NCBI GenBank assembly: GCA_043810285.1
Contig: JBDROH010000022.1
Span: 8,484 to 72,483 of the forward strand
Length of the DNA stretch: 64,000 nt
Origin: an archaeon
GTDB lineage: Archaea > Nanobdellota > Nanobdellia > Pacearchaeales > GW2011-AR1
Direction of reading: 5' to 3'
Positions within the stretch are counted from its first letter, which is position 1. Each line of letters starts with the position of its first letter. Position numbers and translations under genes: made by a program. Below, piece after piece: positions 36,960 to 47,111 of the stretch. The notes under the pieces are model-generated. The model had not been told where the DNA came from. It was given only the letters and a program-made list of their open reading frames with translations, and ran no database searches.

Positions 36960-37417
36960 ATACTCGGAAGCGGTCTAGGTCTTTGAGGGGGCGCTCCCGG
37001 ATAAAAAGGTTTCTGCTCGACAACTTCAGAACGATTCCTCAAACTTTCTTCCATTAAAATCAAACCCTTCGCAATAGTTTTATTTTGATCCAACAAAGAA
37101 TCGATTTTCTTCAACATAGATTTATCATCTAACTTATCCCCTGAAATAAAACTCTTAGCAGCTTCTTCAAAAACTTGAAGCAATTTTGTAATGTTATCCG
37201 ACAGAGAACCAAATTTAACAGATAGGTTTGTCATTGCATGTTGTAACCCTACAAAATTTTCAAGCAAAAGTTCTTCACGTTCCTTGGCTGTCATTCCCTT
37301 ATTTACTGAACTCTTCCTCTCAATCTCCCTCGGAGAGTGTTCCTTCACGACAGATTTTTTAGAACCCTCACTTTCTACAACCGTAGTAACCGTCTTTTTC
37401 ACCACATCTTTTACCAT
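36956..37417 (-). CDS. Hypothetical protein, co-oriented upstream of the FlaI-N-domain protein and overlapping it by 4 nt
   Basis: 153-aa ORF with a Pro-rich C-terminus (PGAPPQRPRPLPSI). Confidence 0.35.
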   Translation of the reverse strand: MVKDVVKKTVTTVVESEGSKKSVVKEHSPREIERKSSVNKGMTAKEREELLLENFVGLQHAMTNLSVKFGSLSDNITKLLQVFEEAAKSFISGDKLDDKSMLKKIDSLLDQNKTIAKGLILMEESLRNRSEVVEQKPFYPGAPPQRPRPLPSI

Positions 37418-37577
37418 GACAAAACTAAGAAGCCTTTATTTATAAAAGTATTGGGCAATAAAAAATAATATGGGCTCAGCAGGAATCCTTCTCAAGATTC
37501 ACTCTAAAATTTCACATGTAATTTTTTGGGAAATTCGAGCAAATCTTTCGCCCCCGCCTTGGCGCGTGTTTGATAAA

Positions 37578-37648
37578 TGGGCACAGGAGGAATCAAACCC
37601 CCGCCCCCCGGGCTGGAGCCGAGTAGACTATCATTATCCGATGCACCC
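37578..37648 (-). tRNA. Candidate tRNA-Trp (CCA) with a non-canonical T-loop
   Basis: An isolated roughly 100-nt GC-rich island in an AT-rich intergenic region. Acceptor GGGTGCA/TGTGCCC with two G-U pairs. Anticodon stem CTCGG/CCGGG with loop CTCCAGC. T arm GGGGG-TTTGATT-CCTCC with U at position 56. 71 nt. Confidence 0.45.
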
Positions 37649-37809
37649 TAATAACCTAAAATATATTACAACCCTTCACTTTTAAATCTAATTAAATCTC
37701 TGACTGACCAAACAATTTCTATTTGTTACTACGCTTAAGAAACGACAAATAGAAAGATTTATAAACATTTAATTCCTAAGTATTTTATCAAAATATTGGA
37801 GATAATAAA

Positions 37810-38091
37810 ATGGCAATAAAAAATTTAGACAAAATAACCAACCATAACATATGTAGAGAAAAAGGACTTGAAATAATTAGTTGTAACAACCGTAACAGAT
37901 ATCTAAATAAGGATAGTGCTACAAGAGAAGTGGCTGTTGTAAGAATAGAAGGAGATATGGGGATAGCTGAGATGAATCGGAAAGAGTATTTCAATAGCCT
38001 AACAGACCCTATCAAAAAAGATGAATGTATTAGGTGTAAACTTAATCCTCAAAACTATAAAGAAAACTTAGCGTTATATTGTAATAAATAA
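37810..38091 (+). CDS. Hypothetical Cys-containing small protein
   Basis: 93-aa ORF. Weak support. Confidence 0.25.
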   Translation: MAIKNLDKITNHNICREKGLEIISCNNRNRYLNKDSATREVAVVRIEGDMGIAEMNRKEYFNSLTDPIKKDECIRCKLNPQNYKENLALYCNK

Positions 38092-38101
38092 ACTGCCCTG
38101 T

Positions 38102-38776
38102 TTAAATTAATTTTTTCATTTCTTCAATTTCAACAGAAGAAATCGCCGTGCCCTTAAACTTAACTCCATAAAGTAACGCATCAAGAAAATCTTTACTTTT
38201 TTTAATTGGCATCAATCCTTTTTTATACGCAACAAAAAGAATCTCAGAAGAACGAATAAATTTCAAATCTTTTAATTCATCCAACAACGACAACTCTACC
38301 TTAAGAGAAGTATGTAATTTTCTCTCCATCATCTCCTTTAAATTCTGTGGTGCCTCTGTCAACATCCGCGTAGTTCTCTCATCAATAACAATCACATTAT
38401 CTTCCCCACACAACTTAGAAAATGCAAGACATGATGCCTCACCCTCATGAATAATCTTAATTTTCTCTCCCGTTTGCACCGTCCTTAAAACTCCTCCAGT
38501 AACTTTCAAAATCTTTTTAATTTCTACATCTAACTTTTGGTTCGACACAATCTCCGAAGACATCTTAAAAACACCCCTCTCAATCATATCATTAACCTGA
38601 ATCGCTTCAAGTTTATACTTCTTAATTTTCATAGGCCTATCCACAACTTCTCTCTTCACTTGAAAAGTCAAAATAAACTCTCCATTAAAATCTTCTTTCA
38701 ACTTTTCAATTACATACAACATCCCATTCATCGTCAAAGAGATTATCGGACCAGCGTCGAAGATTAAATATTTCAT
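38102..38776 (-). CDS. PIN-like domain protein (predicted nuclease) with a C-terminal extension
   Basis: Acidic residues in PIN-like positions: IFDAGPI, IHEGEASCLAF and VIVIDERTT. Confidence 0.4.
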   Translation of the reverse strand: MKYLIFDAGPIISLTMNGMLYVIEKLKEDFNGEFILTFQVKREVVDRPMKIKKYKLEAIQVNDMIERGVFKMSSEIVSNQKLDVEIKKILKVTGGVLRTVQTGEKIKIIHEGEASCLAFSKLCGEDNVIVIDERTTRMLTEAPQNLKEMMERKLHTSLKVELSLLDELKDLKFIRSSEILFVAYKKGLMPIKKSKDFLDALLYGVKFKGTAISSVEIEEMKKLI

Positions 38777-39333
38777 CCAAAAATATCCTCCGCAATTTTA
38801 ATTCTCTTAGCAACTGGCATACTAATCGCAACTTTTGCATCACCTATCGACGATTGTCCAATATAACTCGCCATATCCCAAAGACTAACTCCTAGAAGTT
38901 CCGCAGTCTGTTCCGACGACAAACCGTGCTCATAAAGTTTAAACGCCTTATTAATTTCTGCCTTCCTAAAAATATCCTTAATATACTGACCTAAATTACC
39001 TGAAATTTTATTCAAAGAATTTCTAATTTTCCCAAGATAAATTCGTGTTTTATCAATATCATTTTTTTCAAGTTCCTGAATTGCCGAAGCAAAATCCTTG
39101 GTCATAGCATCATAAAATTCCGACCAACCTTCCATATCCCTATAATGCTCCCTCTCGAGAATCTTACTCAAGGAATAAACAAAAACAGCTACAATAATAT
39201 TATCCGCATCTTGAGAAATCGTAGCGGAGTGGATTGTTTGGTCTGAAAGAAGTTTTATTCCACGAGAATTATCCTCCTCAATAAATCTCTTAGTTTCCTT
39301 CAGAATCCTTAAAACATTTTCAACCTCTTTCAT
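38773..39333 (-). CDS. Hypothetical protein with a C-terminal HTH-like segment
   Basis: SSEQTAELLGVSLWDMASYIG resembles a helix-turn-helix. 186 aa. Confidence 0.35.
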   Translation of the reverse strand: MKEVENVLRILKETKRFIEEDNSRGIKLLSDQTIHSATISQDADNIIVAVFVYSLSKILEREHYRDMEGWSEFYDAMTKDFASAIQELEKNDIDKTRIYLGKIRNSLNKISGNLGQYIKDIFRKAEINKAFKLYEHGLSSEQTAELLGVSLWDMASYIGQSSIGDAKVAISMPVAKRIKIAEDIFG

Positions 39334-39383
39334 AAGTTTATTAAGAAGAGAAGTTATATAAATCTTCTCAGGCTATCTAAGAT

Positions 39384-39767
39384 ATGAAAATATTACTAGA
39401 CACAAATTTCGTTCTGACCTGTGTAAAACAAAAAATAGATTTTTACAGTATTACAAATGACTTTTCTGAAGAATCAATAGAATGGATTGTCCCTCAAGAA
39501 GTGTTAGAGGAATTAAAAAATCTAAAAGATAAAAAAAACATTAAAGTTAAAGAGAAGAATGCGGCCAAATTAAGCTTAGAAATCTTAAAAACAATCAAAC
39601 CTCAAGTTATAAAACTCAGAGGGAGAAACCCTAATGTAGACATCAAAATAGTAAATTATCTCTTGGGAACTAAAATTGTTTTAGCAACACTAGATAAGGA
39701 TTTGAAAAAAAGAGTAGCCAATAAAATTCTAACGATTAGAAACAAAAAGAATTTAGAAATTATTTAA
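39384..39767 (+). CDS. PIN-domain protein, Fcf1/Utp24-like
   Basis: KILLDTNFVL N-terminal Asp, and LATLDKDLKKRV resembling the ATxDxxLRRR Fcf1 motif. Confidence 0.5.
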   Translation: MKILLDTNFVLTCVKQKIDFYSITNDFSEESIEWIVPQEVLEELKNLKDKKNIKVKEKNAAKLSLEILKTIKPQVIKLRGRNPNVDIKIVNYLLGTKIVLATLDKDLKKRVANKILTIRNKKNLEII

Positions 39768-40991
39768 TCTAGCACTAATGCCCATTTCCTTCTCAACTTT
39801 CTTAACTAATCTAAAAATATCTTGGATACTAGTTTCTTTTTTAACCCACCAATAACCATTTTTCTTAAAAGAATTTTTGCCATTTGCCTTTCTAAAATTT
39901 TTAACGATATTGACTAATCCAACTGAAGGACCTCTAATCTCAATCTCCTTTTTCTCCTCTACCACTACATACCCTTTCGCTTTATCACCCTCTCCAAGAT
40001 AGTCAAACTCTTTCACTAAAACTTTCTGTTGTCTTCTTCCAAGTTCACTAACAAAAAAATCCAAGAACTTCTTCATTTTTGTTCCAGCAATATCTCCTTC
40101 TTGTCTATTCGTTTTTAAATTAATTTCTAAAAATGTTACTTTTTTCTTATCTGCAAACCTTTTCAAACCCCTAATATCAATCGACTGCCATTCAAAAAAA
40201 TTTAACGATGGAGATTTTAAAAATTTCTTAGCAACAATATTAAATTTCTCGAACGTTTCCTCACCAAGTCCTGCAGTCACATTTCTATACCTATATGTTG
40301 GGTCAATTAAAATAACTGGTCCAGTCAATTTGGAGGTATTTAACTCATTCAGAACTTCTCGTTCATTCTTAAAATACTTTAATGGATCAATAACTCTCTT
40401 TCTAGAAATTCCTTTCAGAAACTTAACAAAACTTCCAAAATAAATTACTAAAACTTCTAAAGAGTAACCGCTAAAACCTCGAACATAACCTTCCGCTCCA
40501 TAACATCGATTTGCCCAGCAAAACGCTTTAGCTAATTTAATCTCATCACTAATCTTGGGGTTCTTTTTTACAATCTCTCCTATATATTTAACATGACTCA
40601 AGGAAACATCTGTTACATTTTCTGCTAATTCAGGATTCTTATTTTTCATAACTGGAACTAATTCCAATAAAATATTTTCACAAATAATTTGAAAATAATC
40701 TCGCGACCCGTGAACTTTTTTCAACTGTCCAGGCAGTTTAATCATCTTCAAAACTTTTTCAAATCTTCGGATACCTTCATTAGAATCAAACACTACAAAA
40801 ATGTCTATATCTTGTTTTCCTGGTTTTTTAATCACAGTTCCCTTAGCTAAGCTACCTCCAACATAAGCTTTAATTTTTTTAGAAGCAAGTTGTTTGATAA
40901 ATTCTTTAGCAATTCTCTGCAAATCCAAAACCTCCTTCTGAGAAAGTGAAATCGCTACAAGTTCTTTTTCCAAAATAATTTTTATACCCAT
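39753..40991 (-). CDS. cca: Archaeal CCA-adding enzyme (class I tRNA nucleotidyltransferase)
   Basis: YVGGSLAKGTVIKKPGKQDIDIFVVFD (GS...G......DxD) and 412 aa, as in archaeal CCA enzymes. Confidence 0.8.
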   Translation of the reverse strand: MGIKIILEKELVAISLSQKEVLDLQRIAKEFIKQLASKKIKAYVGGSLAKGTVIKKPGKQDIDIFVVFDSNEGIRRFEKVLKMIKLPGQLKKVHGSRDYFQIICENILLELVPVMKNKNPELAENVTDVSLSHVKYIGEIVKKNPKISDEIKLAKAFCWANRCYGAEGYVRGFSGYSLEVLVIYFGSFVKFLKGISRKRVIDPLKYFKNEREVLNELNTSKLTGPVILIDPTYRYRNVTAGLGEETFEKFNIVAKKFLKSPSLNFFEWQSIDIRGLKRFADKKKVTFLEINLKTNRQEGDIAGTKMKKFLDFFVSELGRRQQKVLVKEFDYLGEGDKAKGYVVVEEKKEIEIRGPSVGLVNIVKNFRKANGKNSFKKNGYWWVKKETSIQDIFRLVKKVEKEMGISARLNNF

Positions 40992-41036
40992 ATCCTAAAC
41001 AATGAAAATTAGTTTATTAAAGTTTACAATCTCTCA

Positions 41037-41435
41037 TTACATCCGCTCAATATCTATCAAATACTTTCCCTCTTGTAACTTAAAAATAATCGGCTTTCTA
41101 TTCATCAATGAAACAATATCAATCTCGAATTGTCCAGGTTTAAGAACTCGAATACTTTCTAAATCTAAAATCACTGGCTTCGACTCATCCTCAATATCTA
41201 AAATAGCCCTCACATCTGACTCTATCTGTTTCTTATCTACAGTATCAAATTCAGGAATTAGAATCTCCTTTGAAGCGTTTATCTGTGCCACTTGTTCCTC
41301 ACGAATATAGAAAAAAAAATTCCCATTACAACTATTACACCCTTCAAGAATCTCTCGACTCCCAACTTTAATTATTTTTCCGCAGTGTACACATTGGTGT
41401 GGCATTTTATTTTTTATTGTATTCCTCCAATACAC
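41037..41435 (-). CDS. Zinc-ribbon protein (hypothetical)
   Basis: CVHCGK...CNSCNG four-Cys ribbon at the N-terminus. 132 aa. Confidence 0.4.
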   Translation of the reverse strand: MYWRNTIKNKMPHQCVHCGKIIKVGSREILEGCNSCNGNFFFYIREEQVAQINASKEILIPEFDTVDKKQIESDVRAILDIEDESKPVILDLESIRVLKPGQFEIDIVSLMNRKPIIFKLQEGKYLIDIERM

Positions 41436-41471
41436 TTAATTGAAACCATAAGAAATTAATAAATGTTTAGG

Positions 41472-41765
41472 TTACTTTCTCTTAACCTTAACGCCACGCG
41501 TCTTATGCCGAGCAATCATAATAAACACGAAAAGAGAAACTAAAAACACAACACCAAATTTAGACCAAGAACTCACAACCAATTTGTTAATTTGAAAATA
41601 ATTGGCAGCAAACACATTACTCCCTACCAACAAAATTAAAGAAACCCATCCTTTCCAATTAATGGGTACCCAACCCCACTCAGCACTTTTAGATTCAATA
41701 ACTTTCCTAAACCACATACCTTCTTTTTTCTTAATTTTCCTATTCACCATATTACTCTTAATCAT
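41472..41765 (-). CDS. Small membrane protein (hypothetical)
   Basis: Two predicted TM helices and a basic C-terminus. Confidence 0.3.
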   Translation of the reverse strand: MIKSNMVNRKIKKKEGMWFRKVIESKSAEWGWVPINWKGWVSLILLVGSNVFAANYFQINKLVVSSWSKFGVVFLVSLFVFIMIARHKTRGVKVKRK

Positions 41766-41821
41766 TAACCTCTAATAAATTAAATCAACAACCTTTATAA
41801 AATTTCCTAATAATCAATTAT

Positions 41822-42607
41822 ATGGAAAAAATCCCCCAAGATATAATTGGTGACATCGCACTCTTGAAATTTCCAAGACGAACACCTTGGTTAATAAAAA
41901 AACTAAAAGCAAGAAAATTTTTAATAGAACATAAAACTCTAAAAACTGTCCTAGAAAAAACCGAGGGATTCTCTGGAGAACTTCGAACATTAAAAACAAA
42001 ACATCTCGCTGGCATCAAAACAAAAGAAGCTACTTATAAAGAAAATGACTGTATATTCAAGTATAACGTAGATGAATCTTACTTTTCACCGAGACTATCA
42101 AATGAAAGAAAAGTAATAGCTGACGAAGTAGTTAAGATATCTAAAAAGAAAGGAACAAAAATTCTCGTAATGTTCGCAGGCATTTCTCCTTACCCTATTG
42201 TCATAGCCAAAAAGCTAAAACAATCAGGAAAACAAATAACAATAATTTCTAATGAATTAAACAAAAAAGCAAATATTGCAGGAAGGAAAAATATTGTCCT
42301 AAACAAACTACAAAATATAATAACGCTTATAGAAGGGGATGCAAAAAAACTCTCAACAAAATTAAAAGAAAAATTTGACATTATTCTAATGCCACGACCA
42401 AATCTAGAAGATACTTTTCTAGAAACTGCACTTAAACTTTCAAAAAAAGGAACGATAATTTTCTACCACGGCTTCGGAACAAAAGAAGAAGTCCTTAATG
42501 AAATAGAAAAAAATACTAGAAATAAAATAGAAAAAATTTCAATAAGAAAAGCCGGCGACATTGGACCTTACAAGTACCGTTGGCAAGCAAGATTTAAAGT
42601 TAAATAG
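41822..42607 (+). CDS. Class I SAM-dependent methyltransferase of the Trm5/Taw2 (Met-10+) family
   Basis: ILVMFAGISPYPIVIAKK (SAM-binding motif I, analogous to DMFAGvGpF) and MPRPNL (the NLP motif). Confidence 0.55.
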   Translation: MEKIPQDIIGDIALLKFPRRTPWLIKKLKARKFLIEHKTLKTVLEKTEGFSGELRTLKTKHLAGIKTKEATYKENDCIFKYNVDESYFSPRLSNERKVIADEVVKISKKKGTKILVMFAGISPYPIVIAKKLKQSGKQITIISNELNKKANIAGRKNIVLNKLQNIITLIEGDAKKLSTKLKEKFDIILMPRPNLEDTFLETALKLSKKGTIIFYHGFGTKEEVLNEIEKNTRNKIEKISIRKAGDIGPYKYRWQARFKVK

Positions 42608-42657
42608 AAACAGGTAAAACTATAAATTTCCCAACAGCAACTTTTTTCACAAAAATA

Positions 42658-43278
42658 TTAATTTAAATTTTCCTTCATTAAAAATCTTCTATAAGTTTCT
42701 GGAGTATTATCTTTTTTTAGTTGTTCCAAATGAGGTTCAAATGAATAATATTTAAAAACTTTTGAAAGGCCCTCTGGAGAAACAACACCCAAACTTTTAA
42801 GGGGATATTCAAAAGGATCAAGTTGATAAGCATCAATCCGCGTCTCATAAAGTTTATACCTATCATTAAACCTATCCACAAATTTTCCTTCCTTAAATTT
42901 CGTTTTATTTAGAACCACGTATTCTGCAAAGTGAAGTTTATAATCAATAAATAACTCAACAGCAAAATGAACCTCGGAATACTTCTTATAAGGTTGCTTC
43001 AATTCTTCTATCACTAAAGTTACATCAAAACCATTTTTCTTTAAAATTTCTACTAAAAGAAAAGTATAATCTGCACACGGATTCATATAACAAGTATGCC
43101 TATCTTTCAAAATCTCCGCAACAGTTCTTCTTCCAAATTTTTCTTCAAGTTGCTTATTAGTCCATTTCCTTTTTTCAATATTCCCTCTTACCCAATTCAT
43201 AGACTTTAATACTGTTTCTTTTTGGCTTCCAATAAAACTAGGCAACTCTAACTTTTTTTCAAGTACAATAGACTTCAT
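42658..43278 (-). CDS. Hypothetical protein
   Basis: 206-aa ORF with no motif recognised. Confidence 0.4.
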   Translation of the reverse strand: MKSIVLEKKLELPSFIGSQKETVLKSMNWVRGNIEKRKWTNKQLEEKFGRRTVAEILKDRHTCYMNPCADYTFLLVEILKKNGFDVTLVIEELKQPYKKYSEVHFAVELFIDYKLHFAEYVVLNKTKFKEGKFVDRFNDRYKLYETRIDAYQLDPFEYPLKSLGVVSPEGLSKVFKYYSFEPHLEQLKKDNTPETYRRFLMKENLN

Positions 43279-43477
43279 AAGATTCTCCTAAGTTTGTTCC
43301 TTGACAGAACTCTATACAAAATTTAAGAGCAAATATCTTATTTAAATCCTTCTAATAACTACTTTTTCGGGACTAAACTAAGGATAACATTTGTGTATAA
43401 TAAATACTTCACAATAAGCTATAAGTCTAACCTTAGTTAAACAATAACCTTAAAACCCTAATCTTCCCAAAATAAAT

Positions 43478-44212
43478 ATGACATTTTACTTGATAGGAAT
43501 AGGTCTAAATAAAAATTCAATCTCGGCTGAGGCTTTAGAAATTCTAAAAACTTGTGACAAAAGATACTTAGAAAACTACACTGTAAACTTCCCATACAGT
43601 CTAAAAGAATTAGAAGAAGCAATGGGGTTAAAACTTATTGAATTGAAAAGGGAAGTAATAGAAAACGAAACGATTATTAAAGAAGCAAAAGACAAAAACA
43701 TAGCCTTATTGATATATGGAGATTCGCTATCTGCAACAACCCACATTCAATTAATTCTCGAATGTAAAAAACAGGAAATTAAATCACAAATTTTTCATAA
43801 CACTTCAATCATAACAGCTATCGCAGAAACTGGACTTCAACTTTACAAATTTGGAAAAACCGCTTCAATGCCCAACTGGAAAGAACATACAAATAAACCA
43901 ACTTCTTTTATGAATTACATTAAGGAAAATCAATCAATAAAAGCACACACCTTAATATTAACAGATATAGGACTTGAAATAGTAAACGCAGTTAATCAAT
44001 TAAAAGAAGCTTCAGAAAAAGAAAATATAAAATTTCCAGAAAAAATCATTGCTTGCTCAAACATGGGAACCCAAAATCAAAAAATATTCTACGACACTCC
44101 AGACAACCTAGAAAAAATAGAAATAAAAATGCCGTTTTGTCTAATCATTCCGAGTGAAATGCATTTTCTCGAAGAAGAGGCTTTAGAAAATTTAAAAGAT
44201 AAACTTAAATAA
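43478..44212 (+). CDS. dphB: Diphthine synthase (Dph5/DphB)
   Basis: MTFYLIGIGLNKNSISAEALEILKTCDKRYLENYT matches the tetrapyrrole-methylase-like N-terminus of archaeal diphthine synthases. About 245 aa. Confidence 0.75.
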   Translation: MTFYLIGIGLNKNSISAEALEILKTCDKRYLENYTVNFPYSLKELEEAMGLKLIELKREVIENETIIKEAKDKNIALLIYGDSLSATTHIQLILECKKQEIKSQIFHNTSIITAIAETGLQLYKFGKTASMPNWKEHTNKPTSFMNYIKENQSIKAHTLILTDIGLEIVNAVNQLKEASEKENIKFPEKIIACSNMGTQNQKIFYDTPDNLEKIEIKMPFCLIIPSEMHFLEEEALENLKDKLK

Positions 44213-44232
44213 TTCAATCATAACAAACTAAT

Positions 44233-47025
44233 ATGGCAAAAGAATTCAGTGAAGAAGAAATTTTGAAGTTTTGGGAAAAGAAAGAAATCTATCAAAAATC
44301 TAAAAAGAAAAATGTGAACGGAGAAAAGTTCTATATGATGGATGGACCTCCATACGCAACAGGACACATTCATATGGGTACAGCCCTAAATAAAATTTCT
44401 AAAGATATCGCCATGCGAGCACAAAGACTCCAAGGAAAAAATGTATTTGATAGATGTGGATATGATACACATGGAGTCCCAATAGAATTTAAAGTGGAAA
44501 AAGAAATAGGGGCAAAAACTAAACAAGATATTGAAAAATTTGGAGTAAAAAAATTTGTAGAAAAATGCAAAGAATATGCAACTAAGTTTATAGGAATAAT
44601 GGGACCCGAATTTAGAAACTTAGGAGTTTGGATGGACTTCGATAATCCATATCTTACACTAGACACTGAATACATAGAAACAATTTGGGACACTTTCAAA
44701 ATTGCCGATGAGAAAAATCTCCTTTATTTAGGAAAATACCCTGTACATAATTGTCCTCGTTGTGCAACCGCAGTTTCCTTCAACGAAATTGAATATGCAA
44801 AACAAACAGACACCTCCATCTTCGTAAAATTTCCATTAAAAGATAAAAAAAATACTTACCTAATTATTTGGACCACAACACCTTGGACCCTCCCAGGGAA
44901 TACAGGAGTTATGGTAAACCCTGATATAGATTACCAACAAATAGAATTATCCTCGGGGGAAAATTGGATTATGGCTAAAGACCTTGTTCCAGAAATAATG
45001 GCAAAATTAGAAATGGGTTTCACACCTAAGGGGGAATTCAAGGGAAACAAAATGGTTGGATGGACTTACGAAAATGCACTATCAAAACATTTGAAATTAA
45101 AACTAAAAGATGCATATAGAGTCATTCCCTCATCAAGATATGTAACAATCGAAGAAGGAACCGGCCTTGTACATTGTGCACCTGGTCACGGAAAAGAAGA
45201 TTATGAAGTTGGAATTAAAGCAGGCATTGATGCTCCCTGCCCAGTAGACCTTAATGGATTGTTAACAGAAGAAGCAGGGAAATATGCTGGCAAAAAAGCA
45301 AGAGTTGTCGATGCAGAAATAATCGAAGACCTTGAAAAAGAAAAAGCTCTCGTCTATAAATTCCCCTACACTCATGATTATCCACTATGTTGGAGATGCA
45401 AATCCCCCCTTCTAATGATTTCACAACCACAATGGTTCCTAAAAATTTCAAGCATACAAAAACAAATTCTCAAGGAAAACGAAAAAACTAACTGGTCTCC
45501 AAAATGGATGCAACTAAGAATGAAAGCTTGGTTAGAAGGAATTTCTGACTGGCCAATCTCAAGAAAAAGATACTGGGGAACACCATTACCAATTTGGACC
45601 TGTAACAAATGTGAGGAAAGAAAAGTAGTTGGTTCATTAAAGGAATTAGAAAAAATTTCCGGAGAAAAAATTAAAGGAATTCACAAACCAGAAATAGACG
45701 CGGTGAAAATAAAATGCTCTTGTGGGGGGGAAATGTCAAGGGTCAATGAAGTCTTAGACGTTTGGTTTGACTCAGGAGTTTCAAGTTGGGCAGCACTAAA
45801 TTATATGAAAGACCAAACACAATTCAAAAAATTCTGGCCAGCAAACTTGAATCTCGAAGGAAAAGACCAAATTCGGGGTTGGTGGAACTCCCAATTTATT
45901 TTATCGCACATAAAATTCGATAAAAAACCATTTGAAAATATCTTAGTTCATGGAATGGTTTTAGATTTAAATAAAAAAAAGATGTCTAAATCAGACGGAA
46001 ATGCTATTACTCCTACAGATATTATCAAACAATATAATCGAGATTTTTTAAGATACTACTTCGCGAAAATTTCTAAGGGAGAGGACTTCTCCTTCCAAGA
46101 AAGAGAATTTAAAGACATAAGAAAAGTATTCACAATGATTCCAAATATAACGAATTTTGTAAGCCAATTAGACGGATCAAAAAACAAACAAACCCTCGAA
46201 GACAAATGGATTTCATCCAGATTCAATAGAACAATCGAAGAAGTGACTACCGCCTACGATAATTTTAATTTTCCAGAAGTCACAAAGCTTCTAGAAGATT
46301 TTCTCATAAATGACCTATCAAGAACTTATATTAAGATAATCCGAGAGAGAGCAAATGAAACAAAAGAGTTACTTGAAGAAATTTTAATTGGAGTTATAAA
46401 ACTTTTCGCACCAATAGCCCCATTTATAACTGAGAAAATCTGGCAAAATCTTTTAGAAAAAAAGGAAGTAAGTGAAGAATCCATTCATTTATCTCTCCTT
46501 CCCAAGGTTAACAAAAATAAAGTGAATAATGAGTTAGAAGAAGAATTTAGCACAACATTTAGACTAATAGAAGAAGGTTTAGCAAAGAGAAACCAAGCAC
46601 AAATAGGATTAAAATGGCCCCTTGCAAAAGCAACAATTAAATCTCCAAAAAAACTTAATAAAGAATTGGATATCATTATCAAGAATCAATTAAATATAAA
46701 AGAACTAATTTACAAAACCAGTAATACTTTAGAAATAATCCTAGACACAAAACTTACACCAGAATTAGAAGCTGAAGGTTTTGCTAGAGAGATAGCAAGA
46801 AAAATTCAAGCAGCGAGGAAAAAAGCAGAATTAGTAACGACAGATATAATTGAATTAGAAATATTTTCAGAATTCAAGGATAAGTTAAAGACACATCAAG
46901 ACTTTATAAAAGAGAGAGTTGGAGCAAAAAATATTTCATTTAACAAATCTGGAAAAAAATTTAGTTACTCTGAAGAGGGTAAAATCAAAGAGAAAACATT
47001 CATAATCCAATTTAATAGAATTTAA
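44233..47025 (+). CDS. ileS: Class I aminoacyl-tRNA synthetase, most likely isoleucyl-tRNA synthetase
   Basis: HIGH-region PPYATGHIHMGTAL, KMSKS (KKKMSKSDGN), and WPISRKRYWGTPLPIW, which is closer to the IleRS DWCISRQRYWG[V/I]PIP motif than to ValRS. 930 aa. Confidence 0.65.
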   Translation: MAKEFSEEEILKFWEKKEIYQKSKKKNVNGEKFYMMDGPPYATGHIHMGTALNKISKDIAMRAQRLQGKNVFDRCGYDTHGVPIEFKVEKEIGAKTKQDIEKFGVKKFVEKCKEYATKFIGIMGPEFRNLGVWMDFDNPYLTLDTEYIETIWDTFKIADEKNLLYLGKYPVHNCPRCATAVSFNEIEYAKQTDTSIFVKFPLKDKKNTYLIIWTTTPWTLPGNTGVMVNPDIDYQQIELSSGENWIMAKDLVPEIMAKLEMGFTPKGEFKGNKMVGWTYENALSKHLKLKLKDAYRVIPSSRYVTIEEGTGLVHCAPGHGKEDYEVGIKAGIDAPCPVDLNGLLTEEAGKYAGKKARVVDAEIIEDLEKEKALVYKFPYTHDYPLCWRCKSPLLMISQPQWFLKISSIQKQILKENEKTNWSPKWMQLRMKAWLEGISDWPISRKRYWGTPLPIWTCNKCEERKVVGSLKELEKISGEKIKGIHKPEIDAVKIKCSCGGEMSRVNEVLDVWFDSGVSSWAALNYMKDQTQFKKFWPANLNLEGKDQIRGWWNSQFILSHIKFDKKPFENILVHGMVLDLNKKKMSKSDGNAITPTDIIKQYNRDFLRYYFAKISKGEDFSFQEREFKDIRKVFTMIPNITNFVSQLDGSKNKQTLEDKWISSRFNRTIEEVTTAYDNFNFPEVTKLLEDFLINDLSRTYIKIIRERANETKELLEEILIGVIKLFAPIAPFITEKIWQNLLEKKEVSEESIHLSLLPKVNKNKVNNELEEEFSTTFRLIEEGLAKRNQAQIGLKWPLAKATIKSPKKLNKELDIIIKNQLNIKELIYKTSNTLEIILDTKLTPELEAEGFAREIARKIQAARKKAELVTTDIIELEIFSEFKDKLKTHQDFIKERVGAKNISFNKSGKKFSYSEEGKIKEKTFIIQFNRI

Positions 47026-47111
47026 TTAGCGTCGATAAAATTGCTTTTTCACCCCTCTAGTCCGAGACAATTCAAAGAAACATTTAAATACTATTCTACA
47101 TTAAAACAATT

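Noticed and set aside
37540-37660. GC-rich island considered as an SRP RNA or RNase P RNA fragment
   Set aside because: At about 100 nt it is far too short for either. It folds convincingly as a single cloverleaf.
44370-46682. Multiple 65-110-aa minus-strand ORFs inside ileS
   Set aside because: They are antisense to a gene bearing HIGH and KMSKS motifs and so are spurious.
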